DNA of 64,000 nucleotides from a candidate division BRC1 bacterium ADurb.Bin183 (GTDB lineage: Bacteria; Sumerlaeota; Sumerlaeia; MWCT01), in assembly GCA_002070185.1 (NCBI GenBank), contig MWCT01000008.1, forward strand, positions 57,625-121,624. Reading direction: 5' to 3'. The notes under the pieces are model-generated. The model did not search any database. It saw only the letters and a list, made by a program, of their open reading frames with translations, and was not told the origin of the DNA. Made by a program: the position numbers and the translations under genes. Shown here piece after piece: positions 22,213 to 32,570 of this stretch (position 1 is its first letter; each line of letters starts with the position of its first letter).

Positions 22213-22665
22213 TTACCCCTTGTCACGAATATTTTTACGGAATGAAAGTATATTGAAATTGTTATAGCGGTTATAACGGATCTCATCAACCAGATGCTTC
22301 ACAAGATAAATACCCATTCCCCCAATGGGTCTTTCCTCCAAAGGAGCGTCCAGACGCGGTTCAGGATTGGCAAGTGGATTAAACGCCTTGCCGTCATCCT
22401 TGATCTCAACGGCAAGTATGCCATTCAACAGATTCATGTTAATAACAATCTCATGTTTCGTATCGTCCTCATAACCGTAATAAATTATATTCGATATGAT
22501 TTCCTCAAAGACAAGATTCATTTTGAAAAGCATTTCCGACGGCAGCTGATGCTCCCCAAAAAACTCCTCCACGATAATGGAAAGCCTGCGGATTTCATCA
22601 ATTCTGTTTTCCAAAATGACGCATTGCTGACCCGCGTTCGAATTTGCCACAAACTCTTTTTCCAT
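22213..22665 (-). CDS. RsbW/SpoIIAB-like anti-sigma factor (HATPase_c serine kinase)
   Basis: N-box-like EEIISNIIYYGY and a G-box-like GGMGIYLV. It lies directly upstream of the STAS gene. Confidence 0.7.
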   Translation of the reverse strand: MEKEFVANSNAGQQCVILENRIDEIRRLSIIVEEFFGEHQLPSEMLFKMNLVFEEIISNIIYYGYEDDTKHEIVINMNLLNGILAVEIKDDGKAFNPLANPEPRLDAPLEERPIGGMGIYLVKHLVDEIRYNRYNNFNILSFRKNIRDKG

Positions 22666-23002
22666 ACAGCGGTTTTTTTATTAATAATAAATCATGTAAT
22701 CCTTTATCTTGACCAAAAAATTTAAATCAAGAAATATGTTGAAGAAAAACGAAGTAACTACCGAAAAACGAATATAATTAAAATTGGCGCAGAACGCTCG
22801 GGATTGACTGTTGATTGATTAAAAAAATCGAATCGGAGGTATAAGAGAAAATTTTCACCTTTAAATGCGCATGATATCAACCTTTTCTTGCGGCGAAAAA
22901 AGCGGCATTTTCCTACCATATGACATAACAATCCTCCTTCGGGTCGTTTTTTACTATCTAATTTCCGATGAGGATTTGTCCAGTTCCGACCGAAACAGAA
23001 CA

Positions 23003-23476
23003 TTATATTAGTCCTATCGTTTTATCCGATACTATGATATCCACATTATTTCTATTAATTTTAACATGAAACCAAGTATCATCTTTAATTGATAATGTTA
23101 AACTCTTTTGAACTCCTGAATAGCAGTTAATTGCAGTAATAGTGAAAGGAGTATTTTTTTTGATTTCAACATCTGGCAGACCAAAGCTAGGCCAATGAGA
23201 TCTATATTCTTCAAGTGGTTCAAAAAAGATCAATAACCCATCAAAAAATACCATTCCGTTGGACTCGTTCGTTATTACTATACCGCATGTAGCATAATTA
23301 TTGAAATCTTCATTATTTTGGGGATGGGTTAACTTTATCGTTGCCCGAGCAATTTTAATATTATTCGAAATTACATTATTTAAATGAGTTATCTTGTTAT
23401 TCAAATAATAAAAATAACTAATACAGAATATGATACCCATAATTAAGGTAAGGAGATAATATTTTTGATATCTCAT
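23003..23476 (-). CDS. Hypothetical membrane-anchored protein in a low-GC patch
   Basis: I prefer the ATG at 23474-23476, preceded by gaaggag. It has one N-terminal TM segment (YYLLTLIMGIIFCISYFYY). It is visibly AT-rich compared with its flanks and I recognise no family. Confidence 0.5.
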   Translation of the reverse strand: MRYQKYYLLTLIMGIIFCISYFYYLNNKITHLNNVISNNIKIARATIKLTHPQNNEDFNNYATCGIVITNESNGMVFFDGLLIFFEPLEEYRSHWPSFGLPDVEIKKNTPFTITAINCYSGVQKSLTLSIKDDTWFHVKINRNNVDIIVSDKTIGLI

Positions 23477-23568
23477 ATGCTTCGGCTCCTTCAAATATTG
23501 GGTCTATATATCATGGACACTTTTTATTTTGGCAAGCATAAGTTCCATCCCATCCGGGGACGCTGATA

Positions 23569-23587
23569 TGCTCCCCATTGGTTAGAC
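23569..23587. repeat. Left arm of a 19-bp inverted repeat (tgctccccattggttagac)
   Basis: Its reverse complement, gtctaaccaatggggagca, matches 24061-24079 (gtctaaccgatggggagca) at 18 of 19 positions. Confidence 0.75.
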
Positions 23588-24108
23588 CAAACCGAGTGCA
23601 AAATAAGGTGGAACACCATGTGGATGTTGGGGGGAACTGGGGGGCAAAGCCCCACTGTCAGTCATAGGTGGTAAAGCAACACGTCCTTCTGACAATACAG
23701 AATTGCCCATTGCCATTCCTTCCCAAACACCAACCATAACCCCACTTGCCAACTCTCCCGGATGGCAACATTTTTCCTTCTTTATCGTGCAAAAATATTT
23801 TTCCGCCGGACATGCGTTCCCCAACCCCTGATGCGGTCGTGCTCCCATCGAAATACTTCATCTGCGTCCGATTCCCCGCCGCATCAAATTGATACTGATA
23901 TTCATACAGCCGCGATGTCAATGCCTGATTCATCTTCCGTTCGCTGATTTTTGGCGTCCATCTTCGCCGCCAACGCACCCAAGACCACACACGAGTAGCA
24001 CTCGCTTTCGCCGATCTTTAATACTCCCATATTTTTACAACTTATTTGAATCCTCTTTTTGTCTAACCGATGGGGAGCAGCCCAGCGAGCCATAAACAAA
24101 CGCCGCAA
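23582..24108 (-). pseudogene. YD-repeat / RHS-family remnant (fragmentary, split over more than one frame)
   Basis: The 23658-23990 ORF contains YEYQYQFDAAGNRTQMKYFDGSTT, a YD-repeat unit (YxYDxxGN-like). Adjacent short overlapping ORFs lie in other frames. No long RHS core is present. Confidence 0.4.
24061..24079. repeat. Right arm of the 19-bp inverted repeat
   Basis: See the left arm at 23569-23587. The arms are about 470 bp apart and bracket the YD-repeat remnant. Confidence 0.75.
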
Positions 24109-24187
24109 GAAAGTCTCATGCTTATTTTATTCTCGATGACATTATGGTTGGCGTGTGTGATTATTCTTGGCGCATCGTGGTCGGAAT

Positions 24188-25726
24188 TCACGGAATAGCA
24201 GGAGAGCATTTGAAAAGAACGCAAGCCTTGGGTCCGATGCGAAGTTGAATCAACGGGACGCATTTCCAGTCAGGTCCCAGCCAGCGATTAGTCCACATAT
24301 CAGATTCATCCCACTTGCCGGGCGCGCCCCAATACTCCACAACAAGCCAAAGACGTTTTCGCCCCTGCAAGACATCCGAGCGTTTGATGACATCTTTCCC
24401 CGCCAAGAGCCGCTCTTGAAGGAGCAGGTTCGGCGTTGATGCAAGATATTGATGATGGCGGGGAAGGTATGCTTTCATGGGGAAGTAAGAAAATTTACTT
24501 GAATGAATGATGGGCTCATCCTGCGCGGCGGAATCTTTTAAAATCCGACATGCATGAAGGCTGACATCTCTTATATCAAGCGATAAATACGAAATTGTTG
24601 GCACAAGCAAGCAAAGAGCGAAATAGATAAGCAATAGTATTTGCATGAGATTTGACGACAGCGCCACAATGCCCCGCGCGATGATGTAGAAAATCAATGA
24701 CAGGTAGATAATAAAAGCTCGAGGATAAAATCTTCCCCGTGCCGCAAGATGGAGAACAAGGAGGATGAAACCTGTCATTAAAACTGATACCATCAAACGA
24801 AAAAGACCTTTTTCAGAACGCATAGCCATAATTCCACGAATGAATACGAGCGTGAAAATACAGGCGAATATCAGCCATCCCCACAAACCAAAAGGCACCC
24901 ACGGCATGACACCGCCAATCGTTTGGGTGAAATACTCAAAAGCCATGCGTGAAAAATGCTCCCAGTGCGACTGGGCATGCTTGCCCGAGAAGGAACCAGA
25001 TATGAGATGTTCGCAAAATGTGCCGAACCATGGGAGATACAGGATAAAGATACATAGCGCGGTTCGCGCCGCATCCATCATGCCCATCTTCCAATTTTTC
25101 AATTCCGTTGCGCGCTCCCAGCCGATAAATACAAGCAAGCCTAAAACATAAATGCCCGCGATGTAATGAGTGTAAATTGCAGCGGTTGCGGATGTGAGAA
25201 AAATGAAAAAGCCGGTTGCATCGGAACGCTCCGCAAAACGCACCGCCGCCCATAGCGTCAAATTCACCAAAAGAAACAGCAGCGCATACATTCGTATTTC
25301 CTGAGAATAGTGGACGGCAACGGGCGATATGGCAAGAAACAATAGGCACAACCGAAGCGCGCACGGAACGGCGCGGCGGCTCATTGCCAGATAGAAAGTA
25401 ATCAGCGCCGCTATCCCTAAAACAACTGAACCCCATCGTAGAAATATTGGAGATTGAGAAATCAATAACTGCGCTTTAAGGAAAATATAAGACAGCGGCG
25501 GGTGGACATCCAAAGCAATAAAATGAAACATCTCCCCGAGAGAGCGCCGAGCAATTGAAATCCCTATCCCTTCGTCGAGCCAGATGCTCATTCTTCCAAT
25601 ATTTAAGACCCTTAAAACAAGCGCCGCCGTAAAAATGCTAATGATGGGGATGTGCTCGGAATATTTGTTTTTCGCGGCGCATGGACATGAAATCTCATTT
25701 TGAGGAAGAAGAGATTCCTTCTGCAT
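24188..25726 (-). CDS. GT39/ArnT-like (PMT_2) GT-C membrane glycosyltransferase
   Basis: Polytopic 512-aa protein with the N-terminal loop WLDEGIGISIARRSLGEMF...DVHPPLSY, typical of ArnT/PMT-type enzymes. Confidence 0.75.
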   Translation of the reverse strand: MQKESLLPQNEISCPCAAKNKYSEHIPIISIFTAALVLRVLNIGRMSIWLDEGIGISIARRSLGEMFHFIALDVHPPLSYIFLKAQLLISQSPIFLRWGSVVLGIAALITFYLAMSRRAVPCALRLCLLFLAISPVAVHYSQEIRMYALLFLLVNLTLWAAVRFAERSDATGFFIFLTSATAAIYTHYIAGIYVLGLLVFIGWERATELKNWKMGMMDAARTALCIFILYLPWFGTFCEHLISGSFSGKHAQSHWEHFSRMAFEYFTQTIGGVMPWVPFGLWGWLIFACIFTLVFIRGIMAMRSEKGLFRLMVSVLMTGFILLVLHLAARGRFYPRAFIIYLSLIFYIIARGIVALSSNLMQILLLIYFALCLLVPTISYLSLDIRDVSLHACRILKDSAAQDEPIIHSSKFSYFPMKAYLPRHHQYLASTPNLLLQERLLAGKDVIKRSDVLQGRKRLWLVVEYWGAPGKWDESDMWTNRWLGPDWKCVPLIQLRIGPKACVLFKCSPAIP

Positions 25727-25728
25727 AA

Positions 25729-26811
25729 TTACATGACCGGTCCAAGGACAATGCTCAGGAAGGTGCGCACAACGCTTTGTTCCTCAGCCTCTTCAAACTG
25801 CGCCTTAATTTGGGTGACAGCCGTATTGGCATTATCAAAAAGGCTGGGGTCATTGACTAATTTGCCGAGTGTGCCATTGCCCTCATTGACCTTTTGAGAA
25901 ATCTTGTTGATGTTGTCCATCGTTTCCTTAATCTGCGGACCAACATCGCCTAATGAGGTGACGAATTTATTTATGGATTCCTTATTCTCGGCGACAACAG
26001 AGTTTATATTATCCGCCGCTTTACGGACGTCGGCAAAGGTTTGTTCCGCTGATTTCATGAGATCATCGGAATAAATCAATTTTGATAGAGTGCCATCGCC
26101 TGTGCGGATATCAACAGTCAGGGAGGTGAACCCATCAGCGGCGTTTGCAAGCTGTTGATAAAGGGTGTTATCGGTGAATAATTTACCAACCGTGCCTTCG
26201 CCTTTTTTGACTTTTTGAATTATTTCATTAATGGAGGGCGCGGCTTCCGCAAGGGCATCTGTGGTCTTTTTGATATTATCACGATTCTCTTCGATGATTG
26301 ATGAAATGTCGTCGGAGAGTTTTTGTTGGTTTTTGTTGAAGTTTGAGGCAAGGTCTTTGATTTCCTTTCCCACATCGCCAACAATCTGGAGCGCCTCGCT
26401 GATGTCCATGGTCTCCTCAGTCTGCAAAAGACCGCCGTGCTGCAAATCGGGGGAGGCTGGATCGCCGTAATCAATGCCGATATAATATTGCCCAAGCAAA
26501 CTCTGCAGACGGATTGTTGCGACTGATTCTTTTTTCAGACGGTAAGGGGAGCGGATAAAGAGTTTGGTTTCCACCAACGCTTCGTCCGCATTAAAGTCCA
26601 TCTCAATAACGTTTCCAATTTCAATGCCGCCAAGAAGCACAGGCGCGCCCAATTCCAATCCTTTGGCATCCTTAAATTTTGCCTCAACGTTTATACCTTC
26701 AGGTTTTTTAAACAAATCTTTTTCCACTCTCAAAGAAAGCCCGAGTAGAAGCAAAACTCCTATAACAATAAATATTCCGACCCTTATGGCGAGGCTGCTT
26801 TTGGATTCCAT
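25729..26811 (-). CDS. mlaD: MlaD/MCE-domain protein
   Basis: An N-terminal TM segment, an MCE domain (GAPVLLGGIEIGNV) and a long helical C-terminus. It sits downstream of mlaE and mlaF. Confidence 0.8.
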   Translation of the reverse strand: MESKSSLAIRVGIFIVIGVLLLLGLSLRVEKDLFKKPEGINVEAKFKDAKGLELGAPVLLGGIEIGNVIEMDFNADEALVETKLFIRSPYRLKKESVATIRLQSLLGQYYIGIDYGDPASPDLQHGGLLQTEETMDISEALQIVGDVGKEIKDLASNFNKNQQKLSDDISSIIEENRDNIKKTTDALAEAAPSINEIIQKVKKGEGTVGKLFTDNTLYQQLANAADGFTSLTVDIRTGDGTLSKLIYSDDLMKSAEQTFADVRKAADNINSVVAENKESINKFVTSLGDVGPQIKETMDNINKISQKVNEGNGTLGKLVNDPSLFDNANTAVTQIKAQFEEAEEQSVVRTFLSIVLGPVM

Positions 26812-26833
26812 GTTAAACCTCCGCTTTAAGCCG

Positions 26834-27586
26834 CTATAAAATCATTACAGCGGCTGAATGATACTCCCTGCGTATAAAACTTTGAACAATCTGGTTTTTT
26901 GAATTTTTAAACTCATCCGGCGACGATGACACGATGATTTCGCCTTCATGGAGCATGTTGACGGTATCCGCCAATTTGAAAACGCTCGTCAAGTCATGCG
27001 TCACCATAACCGTTGTGACTTTAATGTCGCGTGCAAGTTTGAGAATCAGGTCATCAATCGTTTCAGACATCGGCGGGTCAAGCCCCGCAGTCGGTTCGTC
27101 ATAAAGGATGAGTTCGGGATACAGGGTCAACGCGCGCGCGATGCTCACACGTTTGCGCATCCCGCCCGAAAGGTTGCCGGGCATTTCATTTTCCTTGCCT
27201 TCCAATTTGACAAGGGCAAGTTTTTCTTTAACAATTTCAGGGATTTTATCGCGGGGCGCCAATTTATGTTCGATTAATCCCAAAGCAACATTTTCTCCAA
27301 CGGTGAGCGAACCGAGCAATCCGCCCGACTGGAAAATCATGGCAATGCGCTGGCGCAAAGGATAAAGCGACGCCTCCGAAAGATGCGTTATATCCCGTTC
27401 TCCCACAAAGATCTGCCCTGAATCAGGTCTGATGAGCCCCGTCAAATGTTTGAGAAGGACGCTTTTCCCGCTTCCGCTGCCTCCGACAATCACGGATATT
27501 TTCCCTTCGGGGATAGACAAATTCAGATTTTTGAGAACGGCGTTCCCTCTGAAGGATTTGCATAAATTTTTGATTTCAATTCTCAT
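26834..27586 (-). CDS. mlaF: ABC transporter ATP-binding protein (MlaF-like)
   Basis: Walker A GGSGSGKS, signature LSGGMRKRV and Walker B LILYDEP. Confidence 0.9.
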   Translation of the reverse strand: MRIEIKNLCKSFRGNAVLKNLNLSIPEGKISVIVGGSGSGKSVLLKHLTGLIRPDSGQIFVGERDITHLSEASLYPLRQRIAMIFQSGGLLGSLTVGENVALGLIEHKLAPRDKIPEIVKEKLALVKLEGKENEMPGNLSGGMRKRVSIARALTLYPELILYDEPTAGLDPPMSETIDDLILKLARDIKVTTVMVTHDLTSVFKLADTVNMLHEGEIIVSSSPDEFKNSKNQIVQSFIRREYHSAAVMIL

Positions 27587-27604
27587 AATTCGAAAATCTT
27601 TTTA

Positions 27605-28375
27605 CTATCCCAGAAAACGTGTGATAAAATAATCCGCCACAAGAACCAATGAGAGCGAAATAACAACAGCGCGGGTTGTTGAGCGCCCCACTCCCTCAGC
27701 GCCATTGGTGGTTGTCAAGCCGGTATAGCAAGAAACAATAGAAAACAACGCTCCAAAAACTAACGCCTTCCATAAGCATAATCTTAAATCTATCATAGCC
27801 AAAGAATCGAAAAGCCGTTTGTAATACACATGACGCGAGACTCCAAGATAGTTTACAGAAACAAGGGCGCCGCCCCAAATCCCGACAACAATGGAGTAAA
27901 CTGTTAATATCGGTTGCATCGTTATCGCAGCAAGGAAGCGAGGCATGGCAAGAAAACGCACAGGGCGAATCCCCAGCGAACGCAAGGCGTCTATCTCCTC
28001 AGAAACGCTCATCGCGCCCAACTCGGCAGCCCATGAAGCGCCCACCCGCGCCGCCACGATGAAGGCAGTGAAAACAGGTCCCATCTCGCGAACGAGCGAC
28101 AACCCTACGATTGTCCCGACTTGCTGCTGCAATCCAAGATTTTTCAATTCAACGCCTGTCTGAAGCGAGGTAATCATGCCGGTGAAAAGCCCGATCATGG
28201 AAGCAAGCGGCAGCGTGTTCCAGCCCACTTCCATCATTTGACGAATGATTCGGCGAGCATTAGAAGCAAAATATTTCAGTTCAATGATACACTCGCCCAG
28301 CAGCAGAACCATTCCCCCCGCCGTGAGAAAGATATCGCTGAAGACGGCTTCAATGCGTTTAAATAAACTTAACAT
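27605..28375 (-). CDS. mlaE: ABC transporter permease (MlaE-like)
   Basis: 256 aa with MlaE-type conserved segments (VREMGPVFTA, GAELGAM.VSEEIDAL). Confidence 0.9.
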   Translation of the reverse strand: MLSLFKRIEAVFSDIFLTAGGMVLLLGECIIELKYFASNARRIIRQMMEVGWNTLPLASMIGLFTGMITSLQTGVELKNLGLQQQVGTIVGLSLVREMGPVFTAFIVAARVGASWAAELGAMSVSEEIDALRSLGIRPVRFLAMPRFLAAITMQPILTVYSIVVGIWGGALVSVNYLGVSRHVYYKRLFDSLAMIDLRLCLWKALVFGALFSIVSCYTGLTTTNGAEGVGRSTTRAVVISLSLVLVADYFITRFLG

Positions 28376-28394
28376 AAACCGATTCTTGTTACGT

Positions 28395-29747
<1,353 letters not shown>

Positions 29748-29857
29748 TTACGCAATAAAAAAAAAGATATTTAAAAACCGCCGTTCAAAATATCCGTTGA
29801 CTCAGCATCCTAACTATTGGCTAATACATCATCTTATCAACAAATAGGGGAGACACG

Positions 29858-30109
29858 ATGAAAGGCTTGTATTGTTTTTGCGCAATTATCTTGTTTGCTC
29901 TGATTTTAACGGGGTGCGGATACAAGCAGGATCGTTGCTGGGTAGATGATAGCCAGTATCTAAAAGCGAAAAAGATTTACGAAACAACCCGCAATATTGA
30001 TCTCGTCCAGCGGCATCTTGAAGAGCAGCGCACATGGCGCCAATGCGAAATTAATGAAGCGATTTATCGCATCAAAAAGGAATACCATCTTGATGAGGAG
30101 GTTAAATAA
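29858..30109 (+). CDS. Small putative lipoprotein
   Basis: Signal peptide with lipobox LILTGC. The ATG is preceded by ggggag. Confidence 0.55.
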   Translation: MKGLYCFCAIILFALILTGCGYKQDRCWVDDSQYLKAKKIYETTRNIDLVQRHLEEQRTWRQCEINEAIYRIKKEYHLDEEVK

Positions 30110-30150
30110 AAAAAGCTTGGCTAAAGATTAGCCAAGCCTTGCAATTTTTT
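30108..30150. terminator. Bidirectional intrinsic terminator between the lipoprotein gene and the tRNA pair
   Basis: A 10-bp stem gcttggctaa/ttagccaagc (30115-30137) is flanked by an A-run on the left and a T-run (30145-30150) on the right. Confidence 0.65.
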
Positions 30151-30224
30151 GGTGCCCCCAAGGGGATTCGAACCCCTGCTGCCGGCTTGAAGGGCCGGTG
30201 TCCTAACCGCTAAACGATGGGGGC
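30150..30224 (-). tRNA. tRNA-Glu (anticodon UUC)
   Basis: Hand-folded cloverleaf. Acceptor GCCCCCA/TGGGGGC, T-arm AGGGG-TTCGAAT-CCCCT, anticodon arm CCGGC-CCTTCAA-GCCGG, and an encoded CCA. It is close to the E. coli tRNA-Glu sequence as I remember it. Position 33 reads C (see findings). Confidence 0.8.
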
Positions 30225-30232
30225 AGATATTC

Positions 30233-30308
30233 TGGTGAGCGTGGCAGGAATCGAACCTGCGACCAACGGCTTAAAAGGCCGCTGCTCTACCGGCTGAGCT
30301 ACACGCCC
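30233..30308 (-). tRNA. tRNA-Lys (anticodon UUU)
   Basis: Hand-folded cloverleaf. Acceptor GGGCGTG/CACGCTC, D-arm GCTC-AGCCGGTA-GAGC, anticodon loop CTTTTAA, T-arm GCAGG-TTCGATT-CCTGC, and an encoded CCA. Confidence 0.9.
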
Positions 30309-30450
30309 ATTGGGTTGTTGAAATTTTTTGTTTGCTCTTTTGTATCAAACAACAAAAAAATCTTCGGACTCATATTGACCGGTCTGGTGTATGTCAACCC
30401 AAATTTTAATGTTTTTTTACGATTTTTCCACTATATGGAGGTGGCTTTGA

Positions 30451-31167
30451 ATGGCAGCCAAAATAATTCTTCGCTCTCTTGAAGCGGTTCTTTTTACCAA
30501 CCCTTATACCATAGAGAATAAATTGGGGTTTGCCTCTGAATTTGTGAAGAGGAGTTCAAAAATATTTTCACACGATCCCAACATTGTCACCGCGCCTCAA
30601 AATGCCCCTGCTCAGGTGCCCCGTGTTGAAATACGCAGTCCGGATCAATCCTATATTGCGCAATTTGCTAACAATCGCATTTCGCTTAAATATCAGGATA
30701 TGCATAACCTGCGGGCGCCCCTTGGCGTTCAGTTCCCAATGTTTTTGGATAGCCTGACCCATGCGACGCAATCAACAATGGAATTTCTCAATCCCCGCGT
30801 CCTCAGGCTTGGATTTGTTATCGGCTTTCTTGCAGATTTGGGCAGTTCAAGCAACAAATATCTTTCTGAGGAATTTTTTCAAAATAATCCATGCTCCGAT
30901 GCCCACGAAATAAACTTGGGCATACTTTATAAATTATCTCTGGAAAGTTTTTCCGCCAATCGCTGGGTTCGCTATCAAACCCTGCGGGCGCAAAACGACC
31001 CGTCCATTGATTATGCTATGGCGATTGATATTGATATTAACACCCTTGCAGAGGTGATGAATAATTATTCAACTTCGGAAATCATTACATTCTATAAACT
31101 TGCATACGAACATGTGAATACAAGTCTGGGGCAATTCCCATTGTTAAATTTGCTGCAGCAGGAATAA
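30451..31167 (+). CDS. Hypothetical protein
   Basis: 238-aa ORF with a good RBS (ggaggtg, 8 nt upstream). I cannot recognise a family with confidence. Confidence 0.5.
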   Translation: MAAKIILRSLEAVLFTNPYTIENKLGFASEFVKRSSKIFSHDPNIVTAPQNAPAQVPRVEIRSPDQSYIAQFANNRISLKYQDMHNLRAPLGVQFPMFLDSLTHATQSTMEFLNPRVLRLGFVIGFLADLGSSSNKYLSEEFFQNNPCSDAHEINLGILYKLSLESFSANRWVRYQTLRAQNDPSIDYAMAIDIDINTLAEVMNNYSTSEIITFYKLAYEHVNTSLGQFPLLNLLQQE

Positions 31168-31184
31168 ACGAAATAAGATAAACC

Positions 31185-32555
31185 TCAACTTCTTCGTTTT
31201 AATCGGACGGCAAAGAATCCGTCCATGCCGGTTTTTGCTGTGGATATTTTTAGATAACCTTCGGATGTAATCAAATCGCCCGGAGTTTGCGGCAATATTT
31301 TTTCAGGATTACCAATCTCGAAATCAGGATGCATCTTAAGAAATTTTGTTATAACGCCCTCATTTTCATCGCGCATGATTGTGCAGGTGCTGTAAATCAA
31401 CGCCCCGTTTGGAGCGACAAGGGATGCCGCACTTCCCAAAATTGCCGATTGTTCTGCAGGAAGTTTTTTTAAGGCGCGCTCATTTTTTTTCCATTTGAGG
31501 TCAGGATGCCGGCGAAGGATTCCCAATCCGCTGCATGGCGCATCAACAAGAACTATATCGGCTGGATTTTGTTTTAATTCACTCAACAAGCGATGTGTGT
31601 TATCGCCAATATGAACATTTTTTATGCCAAGTCTTTGACAATTCTCCTCAACTAACTTAAGCCGTTCTCGGTTGGCGTCTAAGGCAAAAAGTTCGGCGTT
31701 ATTCTCCACCATTGCGGCGATATGTGTAAGTTTTCCTCCCGGTGCGCTGCAATAATCAACAACCCGCAAACCGGGTTTGGGCGCGGCAAGATAAGCTATC
31801 AATTGAGATGCCTCGTCCTGTATATAAACCCATCCTTGTATGAGAGGCAGCCAATCAATTTTTATTGTTAATCGTTTGATGTTTATTGCCTCGGGACAAT
31901 ATTTCCCTGTCTCAATATCAACTTCAGGATGATGGTCTCGAATCCAGTTTGCGACATCGGCAATGGATGTTTTGAGTGTATTGACTCTCATCGTCAGCGC
32001 TGCGGGTTGATTGCTCGCCGAGAAAAACATTTCCGCATCGCTTTTGCCGCATTGGCTAATTATTTTTTTTACCAACCATAAGGGAAAAGAGTATTTGACC
32101 GATAAATACTGCTCGAAAGATTTTTTTTTATCGGGCAATACAACATCTTCAATTTTTTGCGCGGCGACCTTTCGCAGAATGGCGTTAACAAACCCCGATT
32201 CTTTGCGGCTATAAAGACGTGATATTATCTGCACAGATTCATTCACAGCCGCATGCGGCGGCACACGATCCAAAAATAGGAGCTGATAAATCCCCATTCT
32301 AAGAATTATCTGAATTGATGCCGGCGGATAAGAACGCGTTTTTAATAACGGTTGATACACGTAATCAAGGAAAAGGCGATGTCTTAACACACCGTAAACG
32401 ATTTCCGCCGCAAGAGATCGGTCGCGCTCATCAAGGTTGCTTTTATCGAACAATTCAAACATAATATCTGAAAGCGAAATCTCAGGTTTGGCATCAACAT
32501 CATTCAGAATGTTGAATGCAACTGTCCGTGCATTTATGGGCAGGGGAGACCTCAC
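31185..32555 (-). CDS. rsmB: 16S rRNA (cytosine967-C5)-methyltransferase
   Basis: A NusB-like N-terminal domain, then DYCSAPGGK (SAM motif) and the catalytic Cys motifs VDAPCSGLG and YSTCT. Confidence 0.9.
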   Translation of the reverse strand: MRSPLPINARTVAFNILNDVDAKPEISLSDIMFELFDKSNLDERDRSLAAEIVYGVLRHRLFLDYVYQPLLKTRSYPPASIQIILRMGIYQLLFLDRVPPHAAVNESVQIISRLYSRKESGFVNAILRKVAAQKIEDVVLPDKKKSFEQYLSVKYSFPLWLVKKIISQCGKSDAEMFFSASNQPAALTMRVNTLKTSIADVANWIRDHHPEVDIETGKYCPEAINIKRLTIKIDWLPLIQGWVYIQDEASQLIAYLAAPKPGLRVVDYCSAPGGKLTHIAAMVENNAELFALDANRERLKLVEENCQRLGIKNVHIGDNTHRLLSELKQNPADIVLVDAPCSGLGILRRHPDLKWKKNERALKKLPAEQSAILGSAASLVAPNGALIYSTCTIMRDENEGVITKFLKMHPDFEIGNPEKILPQTPGDLITSEGYLKISTAKTGMDGFFAVRLKRRS

Positions 32556-32570
32556 AACATGAAACCTTTA

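Noticed and set aside
30311-31167. The hypothetical gene next to the tRNA-Lys/tRNA-Glu pair as the edge of a tRNA-targeted genomic island.
   Set aside because: There is no integrase, no duplicated tRNA 3' end and no compositional shift. The following genes (rsmB and others) are housekeeping.
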